From the human T2T-CHM13v2.0 reference genome, Homo sapiens, in NCBI GenBank assembly GCA_009914755.4, contig CP086569.2:12512001-12576000 (forward strand): 64,000 bases of DNA, given 5' to 3'. This document shows, in pieces, positions 14,501 through 28,754 of the stretch. The position numbers and the translations under genes are program-made. Within the stretch, counting starts at the first letter, position 1, and every line of letters begins with the position of its first letter. Below the pieces are notes generated by a model that searched no databases, was not told where the DNA came from, and saw only the letters and a list, made by a program, of their open reading frames with translations.

Positions 14501-17500
14501 GAATCATTTGGAACGTAATGGAATGGAATAGAATGGAACAGAATGTAATATAATGGTCTCGAATGGAATGGATTCGAATGGAATGGAATTGAATGGAATT
14601 TTATGAAATAGAATGCAATTGAAAGGAAAAGAATGGAATGGAGTGTATTGGAAAGAACTCCATTGGAATGGAAAGGAAAGGAATCGAATGGTATGTATTG
14701 GAATTGAACAGACTCCTAGGGAATGGATTAGAGTGGAATGCACACGAAAGGTATGCAAATTAATGGAATCGAAAGGAATGGAATGGAATAGAATGGAATG
14801 GTATTGGATGGAATGGAATGGAATGGAGACAAAATGAATAGAATTGTATGGAATGGTATGGAATGGAATGGAAAGGAATGAACTTGAATGGATTCGAATG
14901 GAATGGAGTCGAATGCAATGGAATCGAATGCAATGGCTTCAAATGGAATGGAATGGTATTTAATGGAATGCAATGGAATGGAATGCAGCCAAATGTAAGG
15001 GACTCGAATGTAATAGACTCAAAAATGATGGACACGAATGGAAGGAACACGCATGGAATTTTTTCCATTAGAATGGAATTGAATTGTATGCAATAGTATG
15101 GAATGGAATCGAATGGAATGGAATCGAATGGAGTGGACTGGAAAGGAATGGACTGGAATACGTTGGACACGAATGTAATGGATTACAGTGTAATTGTTTC
15201 GAATGCAATGGAATCAAATGGAATGTTATCAAAAGGCATTGAAAGGAACGCAATGGAATGGAATGGAATGGAATGGAATGGAATGGAATGCAATGCAATG
15301 CAATGGAATGGAATGGAGTAGAATCGAGTGGAATGGAATCGAGTGGAATGGAATCGAGTGAATGGAATCGAATGGAATGGAACCGAATGGATCAGAATCG
15401 GATACAATTTACTGGAATGGAATGGACTCGAGTGGAATGGACTGGAATAAAATGAAATTGCATAGATTAGAACAGAATGGAACGAAATGGAACGGAATGG
15501 AATGCAATGGAAAGGAATGGAATGGAATGGAATGGACTCGATGGGAATGGAGTGCAATGGAATGTAATCAAATTGAATGGAATGGAGTAGAAATGAAGTG
15601 AATGGAATGGGAAGGAATAGAATGGAATGGAGTGTAATGGAAATATTTCGAATGGAAAGGAATGGAATGGTATGGACTCGACTGGAATGGACTGGAATGA
15701 AATGGACTCGAATGGAATGGACTGGAGTGGAAGGGAATTGAATGGTACAGAAACGAATAGAACGGAATGGAAAATAATAGAATGGAATGGAATGGAATGG
15801 AATGGAATAGAATCGAATGGAATGGAGTCAAATGGAATAGAATCGAATGGAATGCAATGGAATGGAATGGAATGGAATGCAAAGGACTCGAATAGAATGT
15901 ATTCGAATGGAATTGAATGGATTTGAAAGGCATCGAATGGAATGGAATGGAATGGACACAAATACAATGGACTCGAAGGGAATTGACCCAAATAGAAAGG
16001 ACTCGAAAGGAATGGCATCGAATGGAATTTATTCGAATAGAATGGAATCCAATTGAATGCAATGGGATGGAATGGAATGGAATAGAAAAGAATGGACAGG
16101 AAAGGAATGGACTTGTATGGAAAGGACTAGAATGTAGTGGATTGCAAAGTAAATGGTTCAAATGGAATGGAATCTAATGGAAAGTATTCAAATGGAATTG
16201 AATTGAATGAATCAGATGGGAATACAAAGGAATGCAGGAGAATGGAACGGAGGGGAATTGAGTGGGATGGAATTTTGTGGAATGGAATCCAATGGAATGG
16301 AATCGAATGAAATGGATTCGAATGGAATTGACATCAACAAAATTGAATCGAATGAGTTGGAATCAAATGGAATGGAATGGAATGGAATGGAAAGGAATGG
16401 AATGGAATGGAATGGAATGTACTAAAATGGAATGTAGTAGAATGGAACGGAACTGAATGGAATGGAATCAAATAGAATGGAATTGAATGGAATCGAATGA
16501 AATGGAATGGAATGGAGTGAAATGGAATGATATCGATTGGATTGAAATGGACTCGAATGAAATGGACTGGACTGGAATGGAATGGAATCGAATGGAATGG
16601 ATCTGAACGGAATGGACTGGAAAAGAACGGAATCAAATTTAATGGATTGCAATGTATTTGATTCGAATGTAATGGAATCCAAATTGAATATAATCAAATG
16701 GAATTTAATGGAATGCAAAGGAATGGAATAGAATGGAAAGCAGGGGAAATAAATGGAGTGGAATCGATTCTAATGGAATCGAAAGGAAAGGAGTTGAATG
16801 GAATAGATTCAAATGGAATGGACTCAAATGAAATAGAATTGAGTCGAGTGGCATCAAATGGAATGGAATGGAAAGGAACGGAATAGACCACAAAGTAATG
16901 TACTTAAATGAAATGGACTCAAATAGAATGAAACAAAAAGGAATGTTCTTAAATGGAATTTATTTGAATAGAATGGAATCGAATGGAATTCAATAGTATG
17001 GAATGGAATCGAATGGATGGAGTCAAATGGATTGGACCGGAAAGAAATGGACTCGAATGGAATGGACAGGAATGTATTGGCTTACAATGTAATTGATTCG
17101 AATGGAATGGAACTGAATGGAATGTAATCAAACGGATTGGATGGGAATGCAATGCAATAGAATAGAATGGAATGCAGTGGAATGGAATGGAATGGAATGG
17201 AATCGAGTGAAATGGAATCGAACAGAATGGAATCGAATGGAATGGAATCTATTGGAATGTACTGGAATATAATGGACTCAAATGGATTGGACTGTAACAA
17301 AATGGAATAGAACAGATTGGAATCGAATGGAACAGAATGGAATTGAATGGAATGGACTCGAATAGAATGGAGTCGAGTGGAATGGATTTGAATGGAATGG
17401 AATGAAATAGAATGGAATTGAATGGAATCGATAAGAGGAGAATGCAATGCAGTGTAATGGAAAGAAATCGAATCGAATCGAAGGGAATGGACTCAAATGG

Positions 17501-20100
17501 AAAGTGCTGGAATTGAATGGACAAGAATGGAATGGATTGGAGTGCAATGGATGCGAATGAAAATGAAACGAATGGAATGGAATGGAATTGAAAGGAATGG
17601 AATAGAAAGGAAAAGAATGGAATGCAATCCGAAGGAACTTAAGAAATGGAATGATGTGGAATGGAATGGAATGGAATGGAATGGAATGGAATGGAATGGA
17701 ATGGAATGGAATGGAATAGAGTTGAACCAGAATGGAATGGAGTGGAATGGAATGGACAGGAATATATTGCATTGCAGCCTAATTGTTTAAAACGGAATGC
17801 AATCGAATGGAATAGAATGGAATGGAGTGTAATGGAGAGGTATCAAACGGAATGGAATTTAACGGAATGGACTCGAGTGGAATGGACTGGAATGGAATGC
17901 AATCGAATAGAATGGACTGGAATTGAATGCGCTCGAATGGAATAGATAGGATTGGAATGGACACGAATGGAATGGAAAGCAATGGAATGGAATGGAAAGC
18001 AATAGAATGGAATGGAATTGGATGGAACGAAATGGAATGCAATTGATTTGAGTGGAATAGAATCGAATGGAATGGCATCAACTGGAATGGAATTGAATTG
18101 AATGGACTCGAATGGAATGGATTCGAATACAATATAATCGAATGGAATGGATTCGAATAGAATATAATTGAATGGAATGGCACGTAGTGGAATGGAATGG
18201 ACCCAAATGGAATGGACTCGAATGGAATCGAAAGAAATGTTCCCGAGTGGAATCTATCAGAATAAAATGTTATCGAATGGAATGCAAAAATATGGAATGG
18301 AATCGAATGGAATGCAATCAAATGGAATGGACAGGAATGGAATGGACTGGAAGAGAATGGACTCTAATGTAATGGATTGCAATGTAATTGTTTCGAATAG
18401 AATGTATGTGAATGGAACTTGATCAAGTGGAATGGAATGGAATGCAATGGAATGCTACGGAGTGCAATCAAGTGGAATGCAATCAAATGGAGTGGAATCG
18501 AATGGAATGGAATCCAATGGAAAGGACTGGCATGGAAAGGACTCCAATGGATTGGACTGGAATAAAATGGAACTGAACGGATTGCAATCAAATGGAAAGG
18601 AACGGAATGGAATGAATTGGAATGGAATGGAGTCAAAAGGAAGGGAAACATATGTTATGGAATTGAATTGATATGAAACGAATAGAATGGAATGGAGTGT
18701 AATGGAAAGATGTGGAATGGAATGGAATGGACTCGAATGGAATGGACCAGAATAAAATGGACTCGAATGGATTAGAAAAGAATGGAATGGAATGGAATGC
18801 AACCGAATGTAATGGAAAGGAACAGAATGGAATGGAATCAGATGGAATGGAATGGAAGGGATTGGAGTCGAACAGAATAGAATCAAAAGTAATGGGATCG
18901 ATTGGAATGGAATGGAATGGACTCGATTGGAATGGCATAGAATGGAATGGACTGGAGTGAAATGGAATCGAATGGAATGGAAACGAATGAAATGGAATGG
19001 AATGGAACAGAAACGAACGAAATGGAATGGTATTGAATGGAATGGAGTGGAATGGAATGGAATGGAATGCAATGGAATGGAATAGAATGGAATAGAATCG
19101 GATGGAATGGAATGGAATGCAATGGAGTCGAAAGGAATAAAATCGAAAGGAATGGCATCAAATGGAATGGAATGGACTCGAATGGAATGGACTCGAATGG
19201 AATAGAATTGAAAGAATTGGCATTGAATGGAATGGAATGGAATGGTATGGACCCAAAGGTAATGGATTCGAATTGATTGGACTCATGTAGAATGGACTAT
19301 AAAGAAATTGTTTCGAATGCAATTTATATGACTAAAGTGGAATCGAATGGAAGGCTATAGTATGGAATGGAATCGAATGAAATGGAATCGAATAGAATGG
19401 ACTGGAATGGAATGGACTGGAATAAAATGGAATCGAATGTAATGGATTGCAATGTAACTGATGTGAATGGAATGGAATATAATTGAATGGAATCGAATTC
19501 GAATTGACATAAGAGGAATGGACTGGAATAGTATGGACTCGTATGTAATGGAATGGAATGTAATTGATTCGAAAAGAGTGGAGTTGGATGGAATGTAAGA
19601 AAATAGAATGCAATAGAATGCAAAGTAATGGAATAGAATGGAAAGTAATGGAATGCAAAAGAGAGCAATAGAGTGGAATGTAATCGAATGGAATGGACTG
19701 GAATTGAATGGACTCGAATGCAATGGACTGGAACAAAATTGAATAGAACGGATTGGAATCGAAAGGAATGGAAAGGAATAGAATGGAATCGAATCGACAT
19801 GAATGGAATGGAGTGAAACGGAATGGAATCGAATAGAATGGAATCGAATGGAATGGAATTGAATGGATTCGAAAGGAATAGAATGGAATGGAGTTTAATG
19901 GAAAGATATCGAATGGAATATACTGGAATAGAAAGGAATAAAATGTAACGGATTGTAATGTAATTGATTCGAATGGAATGGAATCGAATGGAATGTAATC
20001 AAATGGAATGGAAAGGAATGCAATGGAATGGTATAGAATGAAGTGCAATGGAATGGAACAGAGTGGAATCGAGTGCAATGGAGTTCAATGGAATGGAATG
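11528..20100 (+). repeat. HOR copy 2 (~8573 bp)
   Basis: The landmark-to-landmark offset to copy 3 is 8573. The translated ORF set is near-identical to copies 1 and 3. Confidence 0.88.
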
Positions 20101-23100
20101 GAATGAAAAGGAATGGAATGGAATGCAATGGAATGGAGTAGAATGGAATGCAGTGGAATAAAACGGAGAGGAATCGAGTGGAATGGAGTCAATTGGAATT
20201 CACTGGAACAATCGAATGGATTGGAATCAAACGGAAAGGAATGGAATGGAATGCAATGGAATGGAATCTAAAGGAATGGATTCGAATGGAATGGAATCGA
20301 ATGGAATGGAATTGAATGGAATGGAATTTTATAGAATCAAAAAGAATAGACTGGAATGGAGTGTAATGGAGAATTATCAAATGGAATGTAATGGAAAGGA
20401 TTGGATTCAAATGGAATGGACAGGAATGGAATGGACTCGAATGAAATGGACTAGAGTGGAATGGAAACGAATGGAAGCGAAACGAATGAAATGCAATGGC
20501 ATGGAATGCACTGGAATGGAAACGAAAGGAATAGAATGGAATGGAATCAGATGCAACTGATTGGAAGGGAATGGAGTCAATTGGAATAGAATCAAATCCA
20601 ATGGTAACGCATGGTGTGGAATGGAAAGGACTCGAATGGAATGGACGCGAATGGAATGGCATCGAATGGAATGGAATGGAGTGAACTGGAATGAACTGGA
20701 CCCAAATGTAATGGACTAGAGTGGAATGGACTCAAATAGAATGGACTCAAAACCAACTATCTCGAATGGAATTTATTCGAATAGAATGGAATCAAATGTA
20801 ATGCAATACTATGGAATGGAATTGAAAGGAATGGAATCGAATGGAATGGACTGGAAAGGAATGGACTGGAATAGAATGGACTCAAATATAATGGATTGCA
20901 ATGTAATTGATTCAAATGAAACGGAATCGAATGGAATGTAATCAAATTGAATGGAAAGCAATGCAATATAATGGAATAGAATGGAATGCAACTGAGTGGA
21001 ACGGAACGGAGTGGAATCGAGTGGAATCGAACCGAGTGGAATGTAATCAAATGGAATAGAATTGATTGGAGTGGACACCAAAGAAATGGACGTGGGAAAA
21101 AACGCAATCAAACAGATTGGAATAGAAAGAAACGGAATGGAATGGAATGGAATGGAATGGAATGGAATGGAATGGAATGGAGTGGAATGGAATGGAATGG
21201 AATGGAAAGGACTCGAATTGTGTGGAGTATAATGGATTGGTATGGAATGGAATGAAATTGATGGTAAAGGAAAAATCTTGAATGGAATGGAATGTAAGAG
21301 CATGGAATCAAATGGAATGAACTGGAATGGAACACACTGGAATGGAATGCACTGTAATCGAATGGACTCGAATGAAATGGATATGAATGGAATGGAATGG
21401 AATGGAATCTAGTGGATTTGAATGGAATCGAATGGAAAGGATACGAATGGAAAGGAATAGATTGGAAGGAATAGGATGGAAAGGAATAGAATGGAATGGA
21501 GACGAATGGAATAGAATCGAATGGTATGGCATCAAGTGGAACGGAATGGAATGGAACGGACTCAAATGTAATGGACTCGAAAGGAATAGAAATGAACGGA
21601 ATGGCATTGAATGGAATGGAATGGAATGGACCCAAATGTAATGGACTCGAAGGAATGAATTCAAATAGAATGTACTCGCAAAGAGTGGTCTCGATGGGAA
21701 TTAATTTGAATAGAATCGAATCGAATGGAATGCAATAGAATGCGATGGAATCAAATGGAATGGAACAGAAAGTAATGGACTGAACTAGAATGGTCTGAAA
21801 TGTAATGGATTACAATATATTTGATTTGAATGGAATGGAATCGAATGTAATGTAGTCAAAAGAAATTGAATTTTACACAATGGAATGGAACAGAATGGAA
21901 TGCAATGGAATGGAAGGGAGTGCAATGGAATGGAATGGAATGGCATGGAATGGAATGGAATGGAATGGAGTGGTATCTGATGGAATGGAATGGAATGGAG
22001 TGGAATGGACTCGAATGGAATTGATTCAAAACGAATGGAATGGATTCAAACCAATAGAATCAAACGGAATGGAATCAAATGGAATGGAATTGAATGGAAA
22101 TGAAACGAATAGAATGTAATGGAGTGTAATGCAAAGATATTGAATGGAATGAAATGGACTCGAATGGAATGGAATTTAATGAAATGGACTAGAGTGTAAT
22201 GGACTTCAGTGGAACGGACTCGAATTGAATAGAAACAAATGGAATGCAATGGAGTGAAAGCAAATGAAATGGAAAGGAATAGAATGGAATGCAATCACAC
22301 GGAAGGGAATGGAGGTTAAAGGAGTCGAATGGAATAGAATCAAATGTAATGGGATCGATTTGAATAGAATATAATTGACTCGAATGGAATGGCATAGAAT
22401 GGAATGGACTAGAGTGAAATTGACTCGAATCGAATGGACTGGATTGGAATGGACTCGAATGGAATGGAATGGATTGGACTCGAATGTAATGGACTGGATT
22501 GGAATTTACTCAAATGGAATGGACTGGAGTTGAATGGAATTGAATGGAATCCCAAAGAATGGAATGCAATGCAATGGAATGGAATGGAATGGAATGGAAT
22601 GGAATGGAATGGAATGGAATGGAATGGAATGGACTCAAATATAATGGACTCAAATGCAATGGCCTCAAATAGAATGAACTCGAAAGGAATGTTCCAAATG
22701 GAGTTTATTCGAATAAAACAGAAAAGAATGTAATGCAATAGTATGCAATGGAATCGAATGAATCCAATCTTATGGAATAGAATTGAATGGAAGAGGTTCG
22801 AATGAAACGGACTGGAATGGAATGGATTGCAATAGAATGGTCTCGAATGTAAAGGACTGCCATGAAATTGATTCGAATGGAATGGAACCGAATTGAATCG
22901 AATCAAAATGAATGGAATTGAACGCAATGGAATGGAATACAATGGAATGCAATGGAATGGAAAGAGCGGAATCGAGTGGAATGGAATCGAATGAAATGGA
23001 ATCCATTGGAATGGACTGAAATGTAATGGACTCGAATGGATTGGACTGGAACAAAATGCAATCAACCAGATTGGAATCATTTGGAACGTAATGGAATGGA

Positions 23101-26100
23101 ATAGAATGGAACAGAATGTAATATAATGGTCTCGAATGGAATGGATTCGAATGGAATGGAATTGAATGGAATTTTATGAAATAGAATGCAATTGAAAGGA
23201 AAAGAATGGAATGGAGTGTATTGGAAAGAACTCCATTGGAATGGAAAGGAAAGGAATCGAATGGTATGTATTGGAATTGAACAGACTCCTAGGGAATGGA
23301 TTAGAGTGGAATGCACACGAAAGGTATGCAAATTAATGGAATCGAAAGGAATGGAATGGAATAGAATGGAATGGTATTGGATGGAATGGAATGGAATGGA
23401 GACAAAATGAATAGAATTGTATGGAATGGTATGGAATGGAATGGAAAGGAATGAACTTGAATGGATTCGAATGGAATGGAGTCGAATGCAATGGAATCGA
23501 ATGCAATGGCTTCAAATGGAATGGAATGGTATTTAATGGAATGCAATGGAATGGAATGCAGCCAAATGTAAGGGACTCGAATGTAATAGACTCAAAAATG
23601 ATGGACACGAATGGAAGGAACACGCATGGAATTTTTTCCATTAGAATGGAATTGAATTGTATGCAATAGTATGGAATGGAATCGAATGGAATGGAATCGA
23701 ATGGAGTGGACTGGAAAGGAATGGACTGGAATACGTTGGACACGAATGTAATGGATTACAATGTAATTGTTTCGAATGCAATGGAATCAAATGGAATGTT
23801 ATCAAAAGGCATTGAAAGGAACGCAATGGAATGGAATGGAATGGAATGGAATGGAATGGAATGGAATGGAATGGAATGCAATGCCATACAATGGAATGGA
23901 ATGGAGTAGAATCGAGTGGAATGGAATCGAGTGGAATGGAATCGAGTGAATGGAATCGAATGGAATGGAACCGAATGGATCAGAATCGGATACAATTTAC
24001 TGGAATGGAATGGACTCGAGTGGAATGGACTGGAATAAAATGAAATTGCATAGATTAGAACAGAATGGAACGAAATGGAACGGAATGGAATGCAATGGAA
24101 AGGAATGGAATGGAATGGAATGGACTCGATGGGAATGGAGTGCAATGGAATGTAATCAAATTGAATGGAATGGAGTAGAAATGAAGTGAATGGAATGGGA
24201 AGGAATAGAATGGAATGGAGTGTAATGGAAATATTTCGAATGGGAAGGAATGGAATGGTATGGACTCGACTGGAATGGACTGGAATGAAATGGACTCGAA
24301 TGGAATGGACTGGAGTGGAAGGGAATTGAATGGTACAGAAACGAATAGAACGGAATGGAAAATAATAGAATGGAATGGAATGGAATGGAATGGAATAGAA
24401 TCGAATGGAATGGAGTCAAATGGAATAGAATCGAATGGAATGCAATGGAATGGAATGGAATGGAATGCAAAGGACTCGAATAGAATGTATTCGAATGGAA
24501 TTGAATGGATTTGAAAGGCATCGAATGGAATGGAATGGAATGGAATGGACACAAATACAATGGACTCGAAGGGAATTGACCCAAATAGAAAGGACTCGAA
24601 AGGAATGGCATCGAATGGAATTTATTCGAATAGAATGGAATCCAATTGCATGCAATGGGATGGAATGGAATGGAATAGAAAAGAATGGACAGGAAAGGAA
24701 TGGACTTGTATGGAAAGGACTAGAATGTAGTGGATTGCAAAGTAAATGGTTCAAATGGAATGGAATCTAATGGAAAGTATTCAAATGGAATTGAATTGAA
24801 TGAATCAGATGGGAATACAAAGGAATGCAGGAGAATGGAACGGAGGGGAATTGAGTGGGATGGAATTTTGTGGAATGGAATCCAATGGAATGGAATCGAA
24901 TGAAATGGATTCGAATGGAATTGACATCAACAAAATTGAATCGAATGAGTTGGAATCAAATGGAATGGAATGGAATGGAATGGAAAGGAATGGAATGGAA
25001 TGGAATGGAATGTACTAAAATGGAATGTAGTAGAATGGAACGGAACTGAATGGAATGGAATCAAATAGAATGGAATTGAATGGAATCGAATGAAATGGAA
25101 TGGAATGGAGTGAAATGGAATGATATCGATTGGATTGAAATGGACTCGAATGAAATGGACTGGACTGGAATGGAATGGAATCGAATGGAATGGATCTGAA
25201 CGGAATGGACTGGAAAAGAACGGAATCAAATTTAATGGATTGCAATGTATTTGATTCGAATGTAATGGAATCCAAATTGAATATAATCAAATGGAATTTA
25301 ATGGAATGCAAAGGAATGGAATAGAATGGAAAGCAGGGGAAATAAATGGAGTGGAATCGATTCTAATGGAATCGAAAGGAAAGGAGTTGAATGGAATAGA
25401 TTCAAATGGAATGGACTCAAATGAAATAGAATTGAGTCGAGTGGCATCAAATGGAATGGAATGGAAAGGAACGGAATAGACCACAAAGTAATGTACTTAA
25501 ATGAAATGGACTCAAATAGAATGAAACAAAAAGGAAAGTTCTTAAATGGAATTTATTTGAATAGAATGGAATCGAATGGAATTCAATAGTATGGAATGGA
25601 ATCGAATGGATGGAGTCAAATGGATTGGACCGGAAAGAAATGGACTCGAATGGAATGGACAGGAATGTATTGGCTTACAATGTAATTGATTCGAATGGAA
25701 TGGAACTGAATGGAATGTAATCAAACGGATTGGATGGGAATGCAATGCAATAGAATAGAATGGAATGCAGTGGAATGGAATGGAATGGAATGGAATCGAG
25801 TGAAATGGAATCGAACAGAATGGAATCGAATGGAATGGAATCTATTGGAATGTACTGGAATATAATGGACTCAAATGGATTGGACTGTAACAAAATGGAA
25901 TAGAACAGATTGGAATCGAATGGAACAGAATGGAATTGAATGGAATGGACTCGAATAGAATGGAGTCGAGTGGAATGGATTTGAATGGAATGGAATGAAA
26001 TAGAATGGAATTGAATGGAATCGATAGGAGGAGAATGGAATGCAGTGTAATGGAAAGAAATCGAATCGAATTGAAGGGAATGGACTCAAATGGAAAGTGC

Positions 26101-28733
26101 TGGAATTGAATGGACAAGAATGGAATGGATTGGAGTGCAATGGATGCGAATGAAAATGAAACGAATGGAATGGAATGGAATTGAAAGGAATGGAATAGAA
26201 AGGAAAAGAATGGAATGCAATCCGAAGGAACGTAAGAAATGGAATGATGTTGAATGGAATGGAATGGAATGGAATGGAATGGAATGGAATGGAATGGAAT
26301 GGAATGGAATGGAATAGAGTTGAACCAGAATGGAATGGAGTGGAATGGAATGGACAGGAATATATTGCATTGCAGCCTAATTGTTTAAAACGGAATGCAA
26401 TCGAATGGAATAGAATGGAATGGAGTGTAATGGAGAGGTATCAAACGGAATGGAATTTAACGGAATGGACTCGAGTGGAATGGACTGGAATGGAATGCAA
26501 TCGAATAGAATGGACTGGAATTGAATGTGCTCGAATGGAATAGATAGGATTGGAATGGACACGAATGGAATGGAAATGAATGGAATGGAAAGCAATGGAA
26601 TGGAATGGAAAGCAATAGAATGGAATGGAATTGGATGGAACGAAATGGAATGCAATTGATTTGAGTGGAATAGAATCGAATGGAATGGCATCAACTGGAA
26701 TGGAATTGAATTGAATGGACTCGAATGGAATGGATTCGAATACAATATAATCGAATGGAATGGATTCGAATAGAATATAATTGAATGGAATGGCACGTAG
26801 TGGAATGGAATGGACCCAAATGGAATGGACTCGAATGGAATCGAAAGAAATGTTCCCGAGTGGAATCTATCAGAATAAAATGTTATCGAATGGAATGCAA
26901 AAATATGGAATGGAATCGAATGGAATGCAATCGAATGGAATGGACAGGAATGGAATGGACTGGAAGAGAATGGACTCTAATGTAATGGATTGCAATGTAA
27001 TTGTTTCGAATAGAATGTATGTGAATGGAACTTGATCAAGTGGAATGGAATGGAATGCAATGGAATGCTACGGAGTGCAATCAAGTGGAATGCAATCAAA
27101 TGGAGTGGAATCGAATGGAATGGAATCCAATGGAAAGGACTGGCATGGAAAGGACTCCAATGGATTGGACTGGAATAAAATGGAACTGAACGGATTGCAA
27201 TCAAATGGAAAGGAACGGAATGGAATGAATTGGAATGGAATGGAGTCAAAAGGAAGGGAAACATATGTTATGGAATTGAATTGATATGAAACGAATAGAA
27301 TGGAATGGAGTGTAATGGAAAGATGTGGAATGGAATGGAATGGACTCGAATGGAATGGACCAGAATAAAATGGACTCGAATGGATTAGAAAAGAATGGAA
27401 TGGAATGGAATGCAACCGAATGTAATGGAAAGGAACAGAATGGAATGGAATCAGATGGAATGGAATGGAAGGGATTGGAGTCGAACAGAATAGAATCAAA
27501 AGTAATGGGATCGATTGGAATGGAATGGAATGGACTCGATTGGAATGGCATAGAATGGAATGGACTGGAGTGAAATGGAATCGAATGGAATGGAAACGAA
27601 TGAAATGGAATGGAATGGAACAGAAACGAACGAAATGGAATGGTATTGAATGGAATGGAGTGGAATGGAATGGAATGGAATGCAATGGAATGGAATAGAA
27701 TGGAATAGAATCGGATGGAATGGAATGGAATGCAATGGAGTCGAAAGGAATAAAATCGAAAGGAATGGCATCAAATGGAATGGAATGGACTCGAATGGAA
27801 TGGACTCGAATGGAATAGAATTGAAAGAATTGGCATTGAATGGAATGGAATGGAATGGTATGGACCCAAAGGTAATGGATTCGAATTGATTGGACTCATG
27901 TAGAATGGACTATAAAGAAATTGTTTCGAATGCAATTTATATGACTAAAGTGGAATCGAATGGAAGGCTATAGTATGGAATGGAATCGAATGAAATGGAA
28001 TCGAATAGAATGGACTGGAATGGAATGGACTGGAATAAAATGGAATCGAATGTAATGGATTGCAATGTAACTGATGTGAATGGAATGGAATATAATTGAA
28101 TGGAATCGAATTCGAATTGACATAAGAGGAATGGACTGGAATAGTATGGACTCGTATGTAATGGAATGGAATGTAATTGATTCGAAAAGAGTGGAGTTGG
28201 ATGGAATGTAAGAAAATGGAATGCAATAGAATGCAAAGTAATGGAATAGAATGGAAAGTAATGGAATGCAAAAGAGAGCAATAGAGTGGAATGTAATCGA
28301 ATGGAATGGACTGGAATTGAATGGACTCGAATGCAATGGACTGGAACAAAATTGAATAGAACGGATTGGAATCGAAAGGAATGGAAAGGAATAGAATGGA
28401 ATCGAATCGACATGAATGGAATGGAGTGAAACGGAATGGAATCGAATAGAATGGAATCGAATGGAATGGAATTGAATGGATTCGAAAGGAATAGAATGGA
28501 ATGGAGTTTAATGGAAAGATATCGAATGGAATATACTGGAATAGAAAGGAATAGAACGTAACGGATTGTAATGTAATTGATTCGAATGGAATGGAATCGA
28601 ATGGAATGTAATCAAATGGAATGGAAAGGAATGCAATGGAATGGTATAGAGTGAAGTGCAATGGAATGGAACAGAGTGGAATCGAGTGCAATGGAGTTCA
28701 ATGGAATGGAATGGAATGAAAAGGAATGGAATG
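20101..28733 (+). repeat. HOR copy 3 (~8633 bp). It is +60 bp relative to copy 2 through small pentamer or sub-motif expansions.
   Basis: The landmark offset to copy 4 is 8633. Extra units are seen near 23830-23880 and 26565-26625, plus a 20-bp tandem duplication at 28715-28754. Confidence 0.88.
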
Positions 28734-28754
28734 GAATGAAAAGGAATGGAATGG
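28715..28754 (+). repeat. Copy-3-specific tandem duplication of a 20-bp sub-motif ('aatgaaaaggaatggaatgg' x2). It is present once at the equivalent sites 2961.., 11528.. and 37336..
   Basis: Direct comparison of 28700..28760 with 11515..11560 and 37320..37365. Confidence 0.75.
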